A stretch of DNA of 51,218 nt from an uncultured Candidatus Saccharibacteria bacterium (lineage in GTDB: Bacteria; Patescibacteriota; Saccharimonadia; Saccharimonadales; Saccharimonadaceae), in contig CAYPTT010000001.1 in the NCBI GenBank assembly GCA_964413835.1, positions 1-51,218 of the forward strand, written 5' to 3'. Below are positions 1 to 10,114 of the stretch, piece by piece. The translations under genes and the position numbers were made by a program. Below the pieces are notes generated by a model, which ran no database searches, was not told where the DNA came from, and worked only from the letters and a program-made list of their open reading frames with translations. Numbering within the stretch: the stretch's first letter is position 1; every line of letters starts with the position of its first letter.

Positions 1-229
1 AGTTAGAAGGTATCCAGGCTGGTTTATTGTAATCAGAGCCGGAGAGGGCGGAAGAAGAGGTGGTAACCATGGGCAAGAAAAACGCTAAAGTTAGCAAACC
101 CAGTCCTGTACCAGAAAGTAGTATTAATGTATTACGAAGTTGCTGGACCCTAAAAAGTTTTAACGATACTTTACGGTGATGTATAATATTACTTTTTGTG
201 GTAATAAGCTTGAGTTTTGTTTTGCCCAT
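1..229 (-). CDS. Secreted protein, 5' part only (runs off window); probable FISUMP-family paralogue
   Basis: Manual translation MGKTKLKLITTKSNIIHHRKVSLKLFRVQQLRNTLILLSGTGLGLLTLAFFLPMVTTSSSALSGSDYNKPAWIPSN, open to the edge. GGAGG RBS at 236-240. Signal peptide and upstream leader resemble those of the two FISUMP genes at 37.5 and 41.6 kb. Confidence 0.7.
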   Translation of the reverse strand, partial: MGKTKLKLITTKSNIIHHRKVSLKLFRVQQLRNTLILLSGTGLGLLTLAFFLPMVTTSSSALSGSDYNKPAWIPSN

Positions 230-390
230 GGGTGGCCTCCTAGTAGTTAGATACTTACAAATCGTCGGGCTACCCAAGCTGCTGTTGGTTTTGGAGGAGA
301 ATGGGAGGCTGGTGCACTAGGTTAGGTACTAGTGCAAAGCATAAGACTTTACACCAACCTAGCCATCAGCCCATCCCATTCTCTCCAAAA

Positions 391-570
391 CCAAAAAGGG
401 TGCCACGACGATTGCATAGTATTACCAACACGAGTAGTGAAATCACAACTGAATTGGTGTCGAAGCACCCAAATTTTTCAGTTATAATTTCTAAAACTCA
501 CGCGGTATAAAATAAATACTATACCAAAAATATGCGTGTTGTTGTAATACTATGCTTTTTAATTATAGCA
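391..570 (-). promoter_or_regulatory. Extended -10 promoter plus structured 5' leader RNA, copy 1
   Basis: TGCTATAAT at 570-562; perfect 12-bp inverted repeat 414-425/544-555; 23 nt identical to 43557-43579; U-tract at 397-393. Confidence 0.7.
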
Positions 571-627
571 CGTTTTAATAAACTCAAGTTTTTTTGTGTG
601 AGGAAATCATTGGTGAATGGAAATGTT

Positions 628-2013
628 TTAGGGGGATTTTGCAATATTTTGCGAGGTGTTTTGACGACGCTTAATATATGTCTGCCAAGCAAATTTAAAA
701 AATGGTAAGCCAAGCTGCAGTGAACGCATAGCGAACAAGTCCCGGCGAGTACTAAGGGGATTTTTTAGGATATAATTTTTGTGTTTGTGAAGGTAGCGGA
801 CAGTGCGGCGGCGAAACTTACGAAAATCGGAGGACGTGAGACCGTTCTGAGCCATTGTCATAGCTTTTGGTTTTACCATAACCATTTGACGCAGAATGCT
901 GAATCTAGCGTGCATGCGGCGTTTTTTGATTGCGTTAGACAAATTACTAAGATCCGCGGAGCTCGGAGCATGATTTTGAATGCTGGAAGTACGTTTTTCT
1001 GACGCGGGAGTATGATTTTCGGAAACAGAAGCATGTTGCTCTGGGTTGGGAGTACGATTTTGCGATGCGGGAGTAAGAAAATTAGCGGTAAGCTCATCGC
1101 ACATTTGGTCGGTGAGTTCAATGAGGTCAAGCTTGCGTTTAGTGAAGTTTTGGTGAATGATGGAGTTGTCATTTTGATAATAATCGTAAAGTGAAATTGA
1201 CGTAACGGCGATTCTAGCACACTGCTCGATAAGTTTGTAGGTAGTGCCAACATCTTCGTGGAGCTTGCCAACCGGAAAACGTACTTGATCAAAAAGTTCA
1301 CGCGCGTAAAGTTTACTACAAGCAGACATCGTAAAACCGTCCTCGCAGAGCATAGCAGTGAGGCATTGAACAGTTGATAAAACGTAGGAATGCTGAGGCT
1401 GTGATGATTGAGGTAATTCGGATGTTTGAGATGGTCGGGTCGATTGGGGCAACTCGGATAATTGCTGTGGTTGAGATGATTTGGGTGGCTGAATCATATT
1501 AGACCGAGCCAAGGAGGAGAAATCTTGACGGCGACCATTAGGGTAAACTTCGGTAAAAGAACCGATGGACATTAAAGTTTGAGAATTGTGGAGGAGTTGA
1601 TATAGAGCAGTGACGAGGTCGGGATGCGCGACATCGTCGGAGTCGACAAAAGTGAAATATTTCCCGGTCGCTAAATTTATACCGGCATTACGAGCGGCGG
1701 AGAGGCCCTGATTAGGCTGATGGACTACCTTAATACGAGCATCTTTTTTGGCGAAAACATCGCAAAATTTACCGCTCATATCAGTAGAACCGTCATCGAC
1801 GAGGATGATTTCTAGATTGCGATATGTTTGTTGTCGCACTGAATCAACGCAGCGCTCGAGTACTTTTGCAACATTATAAACTGGGATAATAACCGAAACA
1901 AGCGGTTTGGGATAAAGACGGTTGGGCTCGTCAGCACGGGAGGCTATCTCGCCAAATTCGGCTGATGGCTGCACGATATTATAATTATTGTGTAATTTAG
2001 AGGATTCGGTCAT
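628..2013 (-). CDS. Glycosyltransferase family 2 with low-complexity insertions
   Basis: VSVIIPVYNV, EIILVDDGSTD, NQGLSAARNAG and FVDSDD motifs. Start taken at ATG 2013; the ORF track starts at 2025. Confidence 0.9.
   Translation of the reverse strand: MTESSKLHNNYNIVQPSAEFGEIASRADEPNRLYPKPLVSVIIPVYNVAKVLERCVDSVRQQTYRNLEIILVDDGSTDMSGKFCDVFAKKDARIKVVHQPNQGLSAARNAGINLATGKYFTFVDSDDVAHPDLVTALYQLLHNSQTLMSIGSFTEVYPNGRRQDFSSLARSNMIQPPKSSQPQQLSELPQSTRPSQTSELPQSSQPQHSYVLSTVQCLTAMLCEDGFTMSACSKLYARELFDQVRFPVGKLHEDVGTTYKLIEQCARIAVTSISLYDYYQNDNSIIHQNFTKRKLDLIELTDQMCDELTANFLTPASQNRTPNPEQHASVSENHTPASEKRTSSIQNHAPSSADLSNLSNAIKKRRMHARFSILRQMVMVKPKAMTMAQNGLTSSDFRKFRRRTVRYLHKHKNYILKNPLSTRRDLFAMRSLQLGLPFFKFAWQTYIKRRQNTSQNIAKSP
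965..1077. repeat. Degenerate 21-bp in-frame tandem repeat (about 5.5 units) inside the GT2 gene
   Basis: Units ggagcatgattttgaatgctg / gaagtacgtttttctgacgcg / ggagtatgattttcggaaaca / gaagcatgttgctctgggttg / ggagtacgattttgcgatgcg. Confidence 0.75.
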
Positions 2014-2035
2014 GTTTATTCCCACTTGCGGCTAT

Positions 2036-3340
2036 CTAAGATAACTGAGGTTTGAGATTGTTATAGCAAGTGAGGGCCGAGGCGATGGTTTTGTCCATAT
2101 CATAATAAGCATATTCGCCAAGGCGGCCACCAAAAACCACGTTCGCCTCGGCCCGGCCCAGCTCTTGGTAGTGCGCAAGCTTTTCGCGGTCGTCCGCGGT
2201 GTTGACTGGATAGTAGGGCTCTTCGCCGCGATGCCAAGTTTTGCTATATTCGCGGACGATGACAGTCTTGCCAGAGTTTTCGGCGTAATAATTCTGCCCA
2301 TTGCGGAGCCAGGGTAGCTGAGGCAATTTGGAGTCAGTCGGTTCGGCGGGCGTAGTTTGGCGTTCAGGATGAAAATGCTTAAATTCATGAATACGAGTAT
2401 ATTTTGGCTCCAAATCAGCATAGTTCATAACAGGGCAACCCTGAAAATCGTTGACATCGAGCACTTCTTTTTGTAAATCTAAACTACGCCATTTGAGTTC
2501 ACCAAATTGATAATCGTAGAAGCGGTCTATAGGGCCGGTAAAGATAGTGAGAATCTTAGTTTGACGTAACATTTGAATCTCTGAATCGGTGAAGTAGTCA
2601 GTTTCGAGCCGCACCTCAAGTGAACCTTGGCAAGATTTAACAATATTATCAAACCAAGCACCATAACCATCAACTGGCAGGCCTTCATATTTGTTATTAA
2701 AATAGCGATTATCGTAATTGTACCGCACTGGAAGACGTTTAATAATGTCGGGCGAGAGTTCTTCGGCCGGAGTTTGCCACTGTTTGGCAGTGTAATTTTT
2801 GATAAAAGCGTCAAAAAGGGGTTTGCCAATCAGTGAAATTCCCTGCTCGGCTAGATTTTGTGGGTTAGCAGGAGCCTCAGTAGCCTGCTCGGCGATTTTG
2901 ATTTTAGCTTCGTCGGGAGTATAGGCGGCGTGAAAGAATTGATTGATTGTACCTAAGTTAATTGGCAATGGAAAAACTTCATGATCGTGCGTAGTGTAAA
3001 CTTTATGAACATAATTAGTAAATTTTGTAAATTGATTAACATACCGCCAAACCTGTTCGTCGGAAGTGTGAAAGAGGTGGGCACCGTATTTATGACACTC
3101 AATGCCAGTCTCAGCATCGAATTCAGAATAACAGTTGCCGCCAAGGTGGTTACGTTTGTCAATGAGGAGGACTTTTTTGCCACTATCATTGACAAGACGC
3201 TCGGCCATGGTAAGACCAAAAAGTCCGGCGCCGACAATTAAGATATCGAATTCTTTTTCTAATGGACCTTGAGGATTTTGGGTATTTTGAGGACTTTGAG
3301 AGTTTTGGACATTTTGAGAATTTTGAAAATTTTGAGCCAT
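2036..3340 (-). CDS. glf: UDP-galactopyranose mutase
   Basis: ILIVGAGLFG FAD motif, HKYGAHLFHT, TRIHEFKHFHPE, EPYYP, GRLGEYAYYDMD. ATG at 3340 follows a GGAGG RBS. N-terminal QNSQN repeats. Confidence 0.95.
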   Translation of the reverse strand: MAQNFQNSQNVQNSQSPQNTQNPQGPLEKEFDILIVGAGLFGLTMAERLVNDSGKKVLLIDKRNHLGGNCYSEFDAETGIECHKYGAHLFHTSDEQVWRYVNQFTKFTNYVHKVYTTHDHEVFPLPINLGTINQFFHAAYTPDEAKIKIAEQATEAPANPQNLAEQGISLIGKPLFDAFIKNYTAKQWQTPAEELSPDIIKRLPVRYNYDNRYFNNKYEGLPVDGYGAWFDNIVKSCQGSLEVRLETDYFTDSEIQMLRQTKILTIFTGPIDRFYDYQFGELKWRSLDLQKEVLDVNDFQGCPVMNYADLEPKYTRIHEFKHFHPERQTTPAEPTDSKLPQLPWLRNGQNYYAENSGKTVIVREYSKTWHRGEEPYYPVNTADDREKLAHYQELGRAEANVVFGGRLGEYAYYDMDKTIASALTCYNNLKPQLS

Positions 3341-3360
3341 ATTACCTCCTGACTGATTAA

Positions 3361-4278
3361 CTAATTCCACAAATCTTCGTAAGCTTGAGCAACCTCGTCG
3401 GGGTTGCCTTCGGTTTTGACTTTACCATCTTCTAACAAAATAGCGCGATCACAGAAGCGGCGGACGTTTTCCATGGAATGAGTGACGAGAATGACAGTTT
3501 GATTCCCTCGGAGACTGGCAAAATAATCATTACATTTCTCCTGAAAAGCGGCGTCACCCACCGCAAGCACTTCATCAAGAATTAGAATATCGCCTTTGGC
3601 GCGGATAGCAATTGAGAAAGCAAGGCGAACTTGCATACCAGAGGAATAATTTTTGAGTTTAGCATCCATGAACGGCTCAAGCTCGGCGAAACGCACAATC
3701 TCGTCGTACATAGCGTCGACTTCTTTGTTGGAAAAACCAAGCAGGGCACCGTTGAGGTAAACGTTTTCACGACCAGTTAGCTCCGGATTAAAGCCAACAC
3801 CGAGCTCAATAAATGGGACAAGAGTACCGTGAACCTCAATGTTGCCCTGTTCTGGATAGTAGATTTGAGCAAGTAATTTTAGCAAAGTGGATTTGCCAGA
3901 ACCATTACGGCCAACAATACCAACAAACTCGCCTTGGTGAATTTCGAGGTCAACACCACGCAAAACTTGTTGCTCAGTGTAGCCCTTGACGCCTTTGAGC
4001 CAATTAAAGAAAGCTTGTTTGAGACCGGCGGCGCGCTCAGTGGGGAGACGAAAACTTTTGTGCAGATTTGTGACCTTGATGGCAACAGGAGCAGATTGAG
4101 CAGGGCTAACGGAATTGGTGGACTTTTCCACGGGGTTTTGCACAGGTTTTCCACCATTTTGGGGATTTTTTCCACTGGCTTGGGGAGTTTTTGCACTTTT
4201 TGCGGAGAGTTTTCCACTTTGAGTGGTAGGTTTTCCACTAGTTTTCCACGATTTTTCCACAGTTTTGGATTTTGACAT
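3361..4278 (-). CDS. wzt: Polysaccharide ABC exporter ATP-binding subunit (Wzt/TagH-like)
   Basis: GRNGSGKST Walker A, GFNPELTGRENV, YSSGMQVRLAF, ILDEVLAVGD. ATG at 4278 after GAGGAGG; about 60-aa low-complexity N-terminal extension. Confidence 0.92.
   Translation of the reverse strand: MSKSKTVEKSWKTSGKPTTQSGKLSAKSAKTPQASGKNPQNGGKPVQNPVEKSTNSVSPAQSAPVAIKVTNLHKSFRLPTERAAGLKQAFFNWLKGVKGYTEQQVLRGVDLEIHQGEFVGIVGRNGSGKSTLLKLLAQIYYPEQGNIEVHGTLVPFIELGVGFNPELTGRENVYLNGALLGFSNKEVDAMYDEIVRFAELEPFMDAKLKNYSSGMQVRLAFSIAIRAKGDILILDEVLAVGDAAFQEKCNDYFASLRGNQTVILVTHSMENVRRFCDRAILLEDGKVKTEGNPDEVAQAYEDLWN
4124..4261 (+). repeat. Array of nine co-oriented TTTT(C/G)CACN DnaA-box-like motifs within wzt
   Basis: Motif starts at 4124, 4136, 4147, 4168, 4189, 4210, 4231, 4242, 4253; same motif as in the oriC intergenic regions. 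Confidence 0.75.
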
Positions 4279-4279
4279 A

Positions 4280-5098
4280 TTAAACCTCCTCTGCAAAACG
4301 ACGTGAACGACGGCGGAAAAAGAGTGCCGCGAGCGTCAGCACAATTAAAACTAGCGCGATTGGAATAAGGCAAAACGGAAATTGCACAAGCTGCCAGGTA
4401 GTAACCGTAGTATCAGTAATGAGATTAAAGCGGACGTCTTGGATAACCTGCGCAATCGGATTAATCAGAATAATTTGAGCAGCGAGATTACCATAAGAGC
4501 CAGAATTGAGTACGAGCGAAAGTGGGTAAATAATTGGTACGGCGTAGAAAAGTGCCTGGATTAATACATCCCAGATGGAGGTAATGTCACGATATTTGAC
4601 ATTCAACGCGCCAAGTAAGAAAGAAATGCCCAGTGAAAAAGCGTAAAGCTCCAAGATGAGCGGTACCAGCATCAGCCAAGACCAGCTAGGTGTAACCTCA
4701 TTAAATAGGGCAAAGATGATAATTACACCTAAGTTAATGGCGAGATTAATCAGGGCGGTAGTAGTAGCAGAAACCACGACAATGTATTTAGGGAAGCTAA
4801 TTTTGCGCAGTAGTTCCCCACGTTGAACGATGGATTGAATACCTTGACCGGTACATTCGGTGAAAAAGTTCCAGAGGACGGTGCCAGTAAGAAGATAAAC
4901 TGGATAATGCGGAATACCATCGCCAAAGCGTAAAAGTTTGGCAAAAACGATATAGAGAATCGTAAACATAAGAAGTGGGCGCAGTACTGCCCAGAGATAG
5001 CCTAAAACAGAATCCTGGTAGCGCAGGCGAAAGTCGGTTTTGACTAATTCGCCCAACAAAATGCGATTTTTGCGACATAAAACGTTTGGCACTCCCAT
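4280..5098 (-). CDS. wzm: Polysaccharide ABC exporter permease (Wzm/TagG-like)
   Basis: DFRLRYQDSVLGYLWAVLRPLL, FYAVPIIYP and NP motifs; about six TM helices; directly upstream of wzt. Confidence 0.92.
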   Translation of the reverse strand: MGVPNVLCRKNRILLGELVKTDFRLRYQDSVLGYLWAVLRPLLMFTILYIVFAKLLRFGDGIPHYPVYLLTGTVLWNFFTECTGQGIQSIVQRGELLRKISFPKYIVVVSATTTALINLAINLGVIIIFALFNEVTPSWSWLMLVPLILELYAFSLGISFLLGALNVKYRDITSIWDVLIQALFYAVPIIYPLSLVLNSGSYGNLAAQIILINPIAQVIQDVRFNLITDTTVTTWQLVQFPFCLIPIALVLIVLTLAALFFRRRSRRFAEEV

Positions 5099-5217
5099 AT
5101 TGTTTATATTTTAGCACAAGAGAGGCGGGGTGTCTATTTTTGGGAATTGTAATGTAATTGTATATACGTTGTATGTGATTTGTATATTAATTGTATTACA
5201 AACGCAATACAATTACA

Positions 5218-6198
5218 CTAAGCACCGCGGAGTTTGGCGCGGAAACGGAGCAGATAATAAGCGAGTTTAGGATGCCTAAGAATCATCTGCAGAGCAAACC
5301 ATTCGGAGCGACTGAAATAGGTATGATCTAAAATTCCCTCTTCAGCAGCAGCAAGCAATTCGCGACGCATGATGGTGTAGAATTCCCGAGCTAACACTGG
5401 TGAAAGACGTTGAAAATTCCAGTGATAATTACGAAACTTAGCAGCAGCCATGAGGCCGCCGAGCTCAGCGAACTGACCGCGTTCGGTAAGGTAAGTTTCG
5501 ATTTCGATATATTCATCTACCACGCAGCGCATTTTGCCGGGGTTATTAACAGAAGAATTGGTGTTGTCCAGGCGATAATGTACGAAGGCGTCGCTGGTAA
5601 GAATTACGCTTTCAGCTTCAGCCCAAACTTTGAAGTTGAAACCGGTGTCTTGGTAAGAAGCGCCAGGGGTGGGGAGGAAGTCGATACGATTTTTCTTCAA
5701 AAAACTACGGCGATAAATGGCCGTCCAAATAGTAGGAGCAAGACGGAAAATTTCAGGATTTTGGCGAGGGTTAAGGATTTTATTGGAATCTTGGGGGTCA
5801 ATAGCGGTGATTTTGGTGGATTTGCCGTCTTTCTCAGTGAAATAATTAGCCTTGACGACGTCGGGTTTGCGAGCTTCGGCAAGCTGATAGAGTTTTTCAT
5901 AAGCATCGTGTTCAAGCCAATCGTCCGACTCTAAAATACCAATATATTCACCTTTTGCTTTCTTGAGACCTTGGTTCATGCTGTCACCATAACCAGAGTT
6001 GGCTTTGTTGAGGAGGACAATGCGAGAGTCTTTGGCTTGGTAGTCTTTAATAATGTCTAAGGAATGGTCGGTAGAGCCATCGTTGATGCAGATGATTTCG
6101 AGATCGGTGAAAGTTTGGTTGATTAAGCTATCAAGACATTGAGGAAGATAACGTTCAACGTTGTAGATGGGGACGAGGATGGAAATGGTGGGATTCAT
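5218..6198 (-). CDS. Glycosyltransferase family 2
   Basis: ISILVPIYNVERYL, ICINDGSTD, ILESDD, PGASYQD. Confidence 0.92.
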   Translation of the reverse strand: MNPTISILVPIYNVERYLPQCLDSLINQTFTDLEIICINDGSTDHSLDIIKDYQAKDSRIVLLNKANSGYGDSMNQGLKKAKGEYIGILESDDWLEHDAYEKLYQLAEARKPDVVKANYFTEKDGKSTKITAIDPQDSNKILNPRQNPEIFRLAPTIWTAIYRRSFLKKNRIDFLPTPGASYQDTGFNFKVWAEAESVILTSDAFVHYRLDNTNSSVNNPGKMRCVVDEYIEIETYLTERGQFAELGGLMAAAKFRNYHWNFQRLSPVLAREFYTIMRRELLAAAEEGILDHTYFSRSEWFALQMILRHPKLAYYLLRFRAKLRGA

Positions 6199-6279
6199 GA
6201 TTCGTATTATACTATTTTTTCGACGGTTTGTCTGTTATAATGAGGGTAATTATTGGAAGAGTGTAAAGGGAGAATTGGG

Positions 6280-7251
6280 ATGACTAAACAGACGAGCCGA
6301 CAGCCAGTTTTGTATGTGGTGGTGCCTTGTTATAACGAAGAAGCAGTATTAAAAGAGACCGCAAAACAACTAAAACAAAAACTTACTGAACTGAAAAAAC
6401 AAGAGAAAATTGCCGAGAAAAGTCGAGTGATGTTCGTGAACGATGGTAGTAAAGATAAAACTTGGGAAATTATTCGTGAGTTGCATAAGGATGATGCGAA
6501 GAACTTTGCGGGGATTACGTTGTCGCGTAATCGCGGGCACCAAAACGCTCTGCTGGCGGGACTAATGACGGCAAAAAATCGGGCAGACATAGTAATTAGT
6601 ATGGACGCAGATTTGCAGGACGATATTAATGTGATTGATCAAATGCTGGAGGAATATCAAAAAGGGGCAGAAATCGTATATGGGGTGCGCTCGTCACGTA
6701 AAAGTGATTCTTGGTTCAAACGGACGACAGCAGAAGGATTTTATAAATTCATGAAACTGATGGGAGTGGATGTGGTGTTTAATCATGCGGATTATCGGTT
6801 AGCTTCGAAACGAGTGCTAGATGAGTTAGAGCGATACCAAGAGGTGAACCTATTTTTGCGCGGAATGTTCCCTTTGGTGGGATTTAAGTCAGCGGTGGTT
6901 TATTATGAGCGACATGAGCGGTTTGCCGGAGAGTCGAAATATCCGCTAAAGAAAATGTTGAGTTTTGCGTGGGACGGAATCTCTTCACTCAGCGTACGTC
7001 CGCTAAGGATTATTGCAATTCTAGGCTTTACGATTACGGCGATTAGTGCGCTAGTATTATTATATTCGCTAATTGTAAATTTGATGGGCAATACAGTGCA
7101 GGGCTGGACATTTATTGTGTGTTCGATTTGGCTGATGGGGGGACTGCAGACGCTATTCTTAGGGATTATTGGTGAGTATATTGGGAAAATTTACAGTGAA
7201 ACAAAGGCGCGGCCACGATATTGCATCATGGAGGATCTAGAAATTGAGTAA
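6280..7251 (+). CDS. GtrB/DPM1-like polyprenol-phosphate glycosyltransferase (GT2)
   Basis: VVPCYNEE, VNDGSKD, SRNRGHQNALLAG, MDADLQD, two C-terminal TM helices, GEYIGKIYSETKARPRY. Confidence 0.92.
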   Translation: MTKQTSRQPVLYVVVPCYNEEAVLKETAKQLKQKLTELKKQEKIAEKSRVMFVNDGSKDKTWEIIRELHKDDAKNFAGITLSRNRGHQNALLAGLMTAKNRADIVISMDADLQDDINVIDQMLEEYQKGAEIVYGVRSSRKSDSWFKRTTAEGFYKFMKLMGVDVVFNHADYRLASKRVLDELERYQEVNLFLRGMFPLVGFKSAVVYYERHERFAGESKYPLKKMLSFAWDGISSLSVRPLRIIAILGFTITAISALVLLYSLIVNLMGNTVQGWTFIVCSIWLMGGLQTLFLGIIGEYIGKIYSETKARPRYCIMEDLEIE

Positions 7252-8800
7252 ATTCTGGAAAAATTTGGCGAATTATGCGGCTTTGGCGGTGTTGTGGATT
7301 AGTTTTTTGATTGCTTTGTGGATTTTGTGGATCCGGCTTAACGACGGGTTGGGGATTGAAAAAACGAAATATTTAGTAGGGTTGTTTGTTTTGGTGTTGA
7401 TGACAGTGGGCGGAGTGATTTTGCTACGAAAAAAGCAGCCGAAATTCCTGCGCCAACCGAAATTTTATTTATTCTTGACGGTTGGCGCAGTGGTGGTGGG
7501 GGTAATATTGAGATTGGGATTTTTGCATTTTTATGGTGAATATATGCCAAAAGGTGAAGGAACAGACACGGGGGTGCATTGGTATATGGCGCAAGAAATT
7601 TTGGAAACTGGCAAGATCCAGGATGAGTTCTTGGGTAATTATGAGGCATTTTTTACGCAATTGACGAGCTATACGCTACTTGTAGCGGTAAGTATGTGGT
7701 TTGTGGGGGTGAATTATTTGGCAATTTTGCTGCCAAATATTTTATTTGATTTAGTGGCGGCGGGGGCAATCTATGTCTTGCTCAGGAAATGGAAAGACGA
7801 AAAAGTAGCTGCTTGGGGAGTGGTTTTAGCGATGCTGAATCCGCTAAGTATCTGTTTTTGCGCGGAAGGCTTGGCGCTGTCGGTGGTAAATATGTTTGTT
7901 GCGTTAGGGTTATTATTGATTTATTTCTTGTGGATTTTTTTGCAGCAAAACACATATGGAAAGTTTTGGCTAACTGCGGCGGCAATTGGTTTGGTATTGG
8001 CGTGCGGAAATGCTTTTAGACCGGTATTCTCGGTGTTGATTATTGCAGTGTTGGGACTATTGGTGTTAGATTTGTTAATGAAAAAAGTGGATTGGAAACA
8101 TGCCTTAAAGACTGGGGGCGGTTTTGTGATAATGTTGGTGGTTTTTGCCGGAGTAGGATTAGGCTGGGATGGTATATATAGACTGGTGAATCCTTATTAT
8201 CAGACTGAGCGACATAGTATGCTGGGATGGAACTTTTTCGTGGGGGCGAATTTTGAGACGGAGGGGCGTTGGAGTCCCGAGGATTGGAATTTGATGGCGC
8301 CAAAACTGGCAGTTGATGAAGAAACAGAAACCCAAACGCAGACGCCGGCGGAAATTAATAGCGAATTCATGACGGATGGCATACAACGTTATGCTGCAAT
8401 GAGCCCGGTGCGAATATTATTACATCTGATGAACAAATCACGGATTTTGTTTGGTAGAAACGAAATAACGATTATCCGTAATATGGAAGAACAGTTTACA
8501 AATGTGTGGGGTAACGAGTGGTGGTATGGGCTCGCTTGCGTGCTGAATCTGCTGATGTTGACGGTTTTTGCCGTACTAACGACGGGTTATTTTGGCGGTG
8601 CGGTGCGTACGCGAAAGGTTGACTTGTACGGAGTGTTTTTAGCATTAAGTTTTTGCGGACTATTTGCCAGTTCCCTACTAGTCGAAGTCATGTCGCGGTA
8701 TGTAGTAATATTTATTGTGCCATTAGTGATTTTTAGCGCCTGCGTAATACCAAAATTGACGATAAAAATCATGACCATGCGAGTCAAACGGCTGGAATAA
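7244..8800 (+). CDS. Multi-pass membrane protein, probable GT-C glycosyltransferase
   Basis: More than 10 TM segments, acidic first loop, RP and RY motifs; overlaps the GtrB-like stop (TTG start). Confidence 0.65.
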   Translation: MSKFWKNLANYAALAVLWISFLIALWILWIRLNDGLGIEKTKYLVGLFVLVLMTVGGVILLRKKQPKFLRQPKFYLFLTVGAVVVGVILRLGFLHFYGEYMPKGEGTDTGVHWYMAQEILETGKIQDEFLGNYEAFFTQLTSYTLLVAVSMWFVGVNYLAILLPNILFDLVAAGAIYVLLRKWKDEKVAAWGVVLAMLNPLSICFCAEGLALSVVNMFVALGLLLIYFLWIFLQQNTYGKFWLTAAAIGLVLACGNAFRPVFSVLIIAVLGLLVLDLLMKKVDWKHALKTGGGFVIMLVVFAGVGLGWDGIYRLVNPYYQTERHSMLGWNFFVGANFETEGRWSPEDWNLMAPKLAVDEETETQTQTPAEINSEFMTDGIQRYAAMSPVRILLHLMNKSRILFGRNEITIIRNMEEQFTNVWGNEWWYGLACVLNLLMLTVFAVLTTGYFGGAVRTRKVDLYGVFLALSFCGLFASSLLVEVMSRYVVIFIVPLVIFSACVIPKLTIKIMTMRVKRLE

Positions 8801-8875
8801 GAGAGGTTAACTTGTGTTCAAGGTGGGGTTTTGCTATAATTTGGCTAAGTTTTAAGGTAAAGACAGGAGTTAGGA

Positions 8876-10114
8876 GTGAGAGAGTTTTGCAGAAAAGCGC
8901 GCAACGTGGAAAATAATGTGGTAGATTTTTGTATAAAGCATTATTTGGCAATTTTGTTAATACTAGCAACAGTTTTAGCGATGGTGGTACGATATAAGTT
9001 CTTGCCTTATCAGTCAAGAGATTATCAAGATTTCTTATTACCATGGTTTGACGCACTGCGTAACGGCGGCGGTCTGGCAGCGGTGGCTAATTATAGCGGT
9101 GACTACAACGCGCCATATGTGATTGTTTTGGCATTATTAACTTATTTACCGTTTGGGTCGCTTGCGATGATTAAGGCGGTATCAATTTTGTTTGATTTTG
9201 TGCTAGCCGGCGCCGTGGCTTTTTTGGTTTACACGGTGGCGCAGGAGCGAAAAGACCAGAAAAATAGTAAATTCTTAGCAACGATAGCTTATGTAGTAAC
9301 CTTATTCTTACCACAAGTATTTCTGAATAGTGCATGTTGGGGGCAGTGCGATGCGATTTATGCGAGTTTTTGTGTTTTGGCGTTGACGTTTTTAATTAAG
9401 GAACGTTATTTAACATCTTTTATTTTACTTGGTTTAGCTTTTGCATTTAAACTACAATTTGTGTTTATATTGCCAATTTTCTTGGTAGTATATATTGTGA
9501 AACGGAAGTTTTCGATTTTTTATTTTCTAATTATTCCATTAGTAAACTTGGTTCTTTGTATTCCGGCGGTTTTATTAGGACGTTCAATCGCGGATTGTTT
9601 CTTGGTATATTTTAATCAAACGCAAACCTATGCACACATGTTGACTCTAAACTTCATCAATTTTTATCAAATTATTGGTGGCGATCCAGCGTATTGGAAT
9701 TTGGTGGGGATGATTTTGGCAGTGATAATATGCGCGGTGGCATTATACGTGATTTTGCATAACAAAATTAAGCTTTCAACACAAAAGATTTTAGAACTAG
9801 CAATTTGGTTCTTAATAATACTAACTTTTGTATTGCCAAGCATGCACGAAAGATATTTGTTCCTGGGAGAGATTTTAGCAGTAGCTTATTATATAATTTA
9901 CCGAAAGCATGGGTTAATTGCACTACTAATTAATGTATATGCTTGGATTACGTATGCTTATTACTTCACTTTAAGCACGGGGTATCAATACAATGTTTTA
10001 GCTTTGATTGAACTCTTTGTATTGGCGTATTTTACAAAGCAGGTTTTTACGCCAGAAGAAATAACGGCGTCAAATGGTAAAACAAAGATGATTAAGGATA
10101 ATAATCATGCTTGA
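8876..10114 (+). CDS. GT-C membrane glycosyltransferase (mannosyltransferase-like)
   Basis: DYNAPY, NSACWGQCDAIY, FKLQ and LPSMHERY motifs; multi-TM. Confidence 0.75.
   Translation: MREFCRKARNVENNVVDFCIKHYLAILLILATVLAMVVRYKFLPYQSRDYQDFLLPWFDALRNGGGLAAVANYSGDYNAPYVIVLALLTYLPFGSLAMIKAVSILFDFVLAGAVAFLVYTVAQERKDQKNSKFLATIAYVVTLFLPQVFLNSACWGQCDAIYASFCVLALTFLIKERYLTSFILLGLAFAFKLQFVFILPIFLVVYIVKRKFSIFYFLIIPLVNLVLCIPAVLLGRSIADCFLVYFNQTQTYAHMLTLNFINFYQIIGGDPAYWNLVGMILAVIICAVALYVILHNKIKLSTQKILELAIWFLIILTFVLPSMHERYLFLGEILAVAYYIIYRKHGLIALLINVYAWITYAYYFTLSTGYQYNVLALIELFVLAYFTKQVFTPEEITASNGKTKMIKDNNHA

Noticed and set aside
301-713. ORFs 301-510 and 519-713
   Set aside because: They overlap the structured leader/promoter and the GT2 3' end; no recognisable product.
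5146-5217. AT-rich tgtaattgta/tacaattaca inverted repeat between GT2 and wzm
   Set aside because: Low complexity and single copy; at most a weak terminator.
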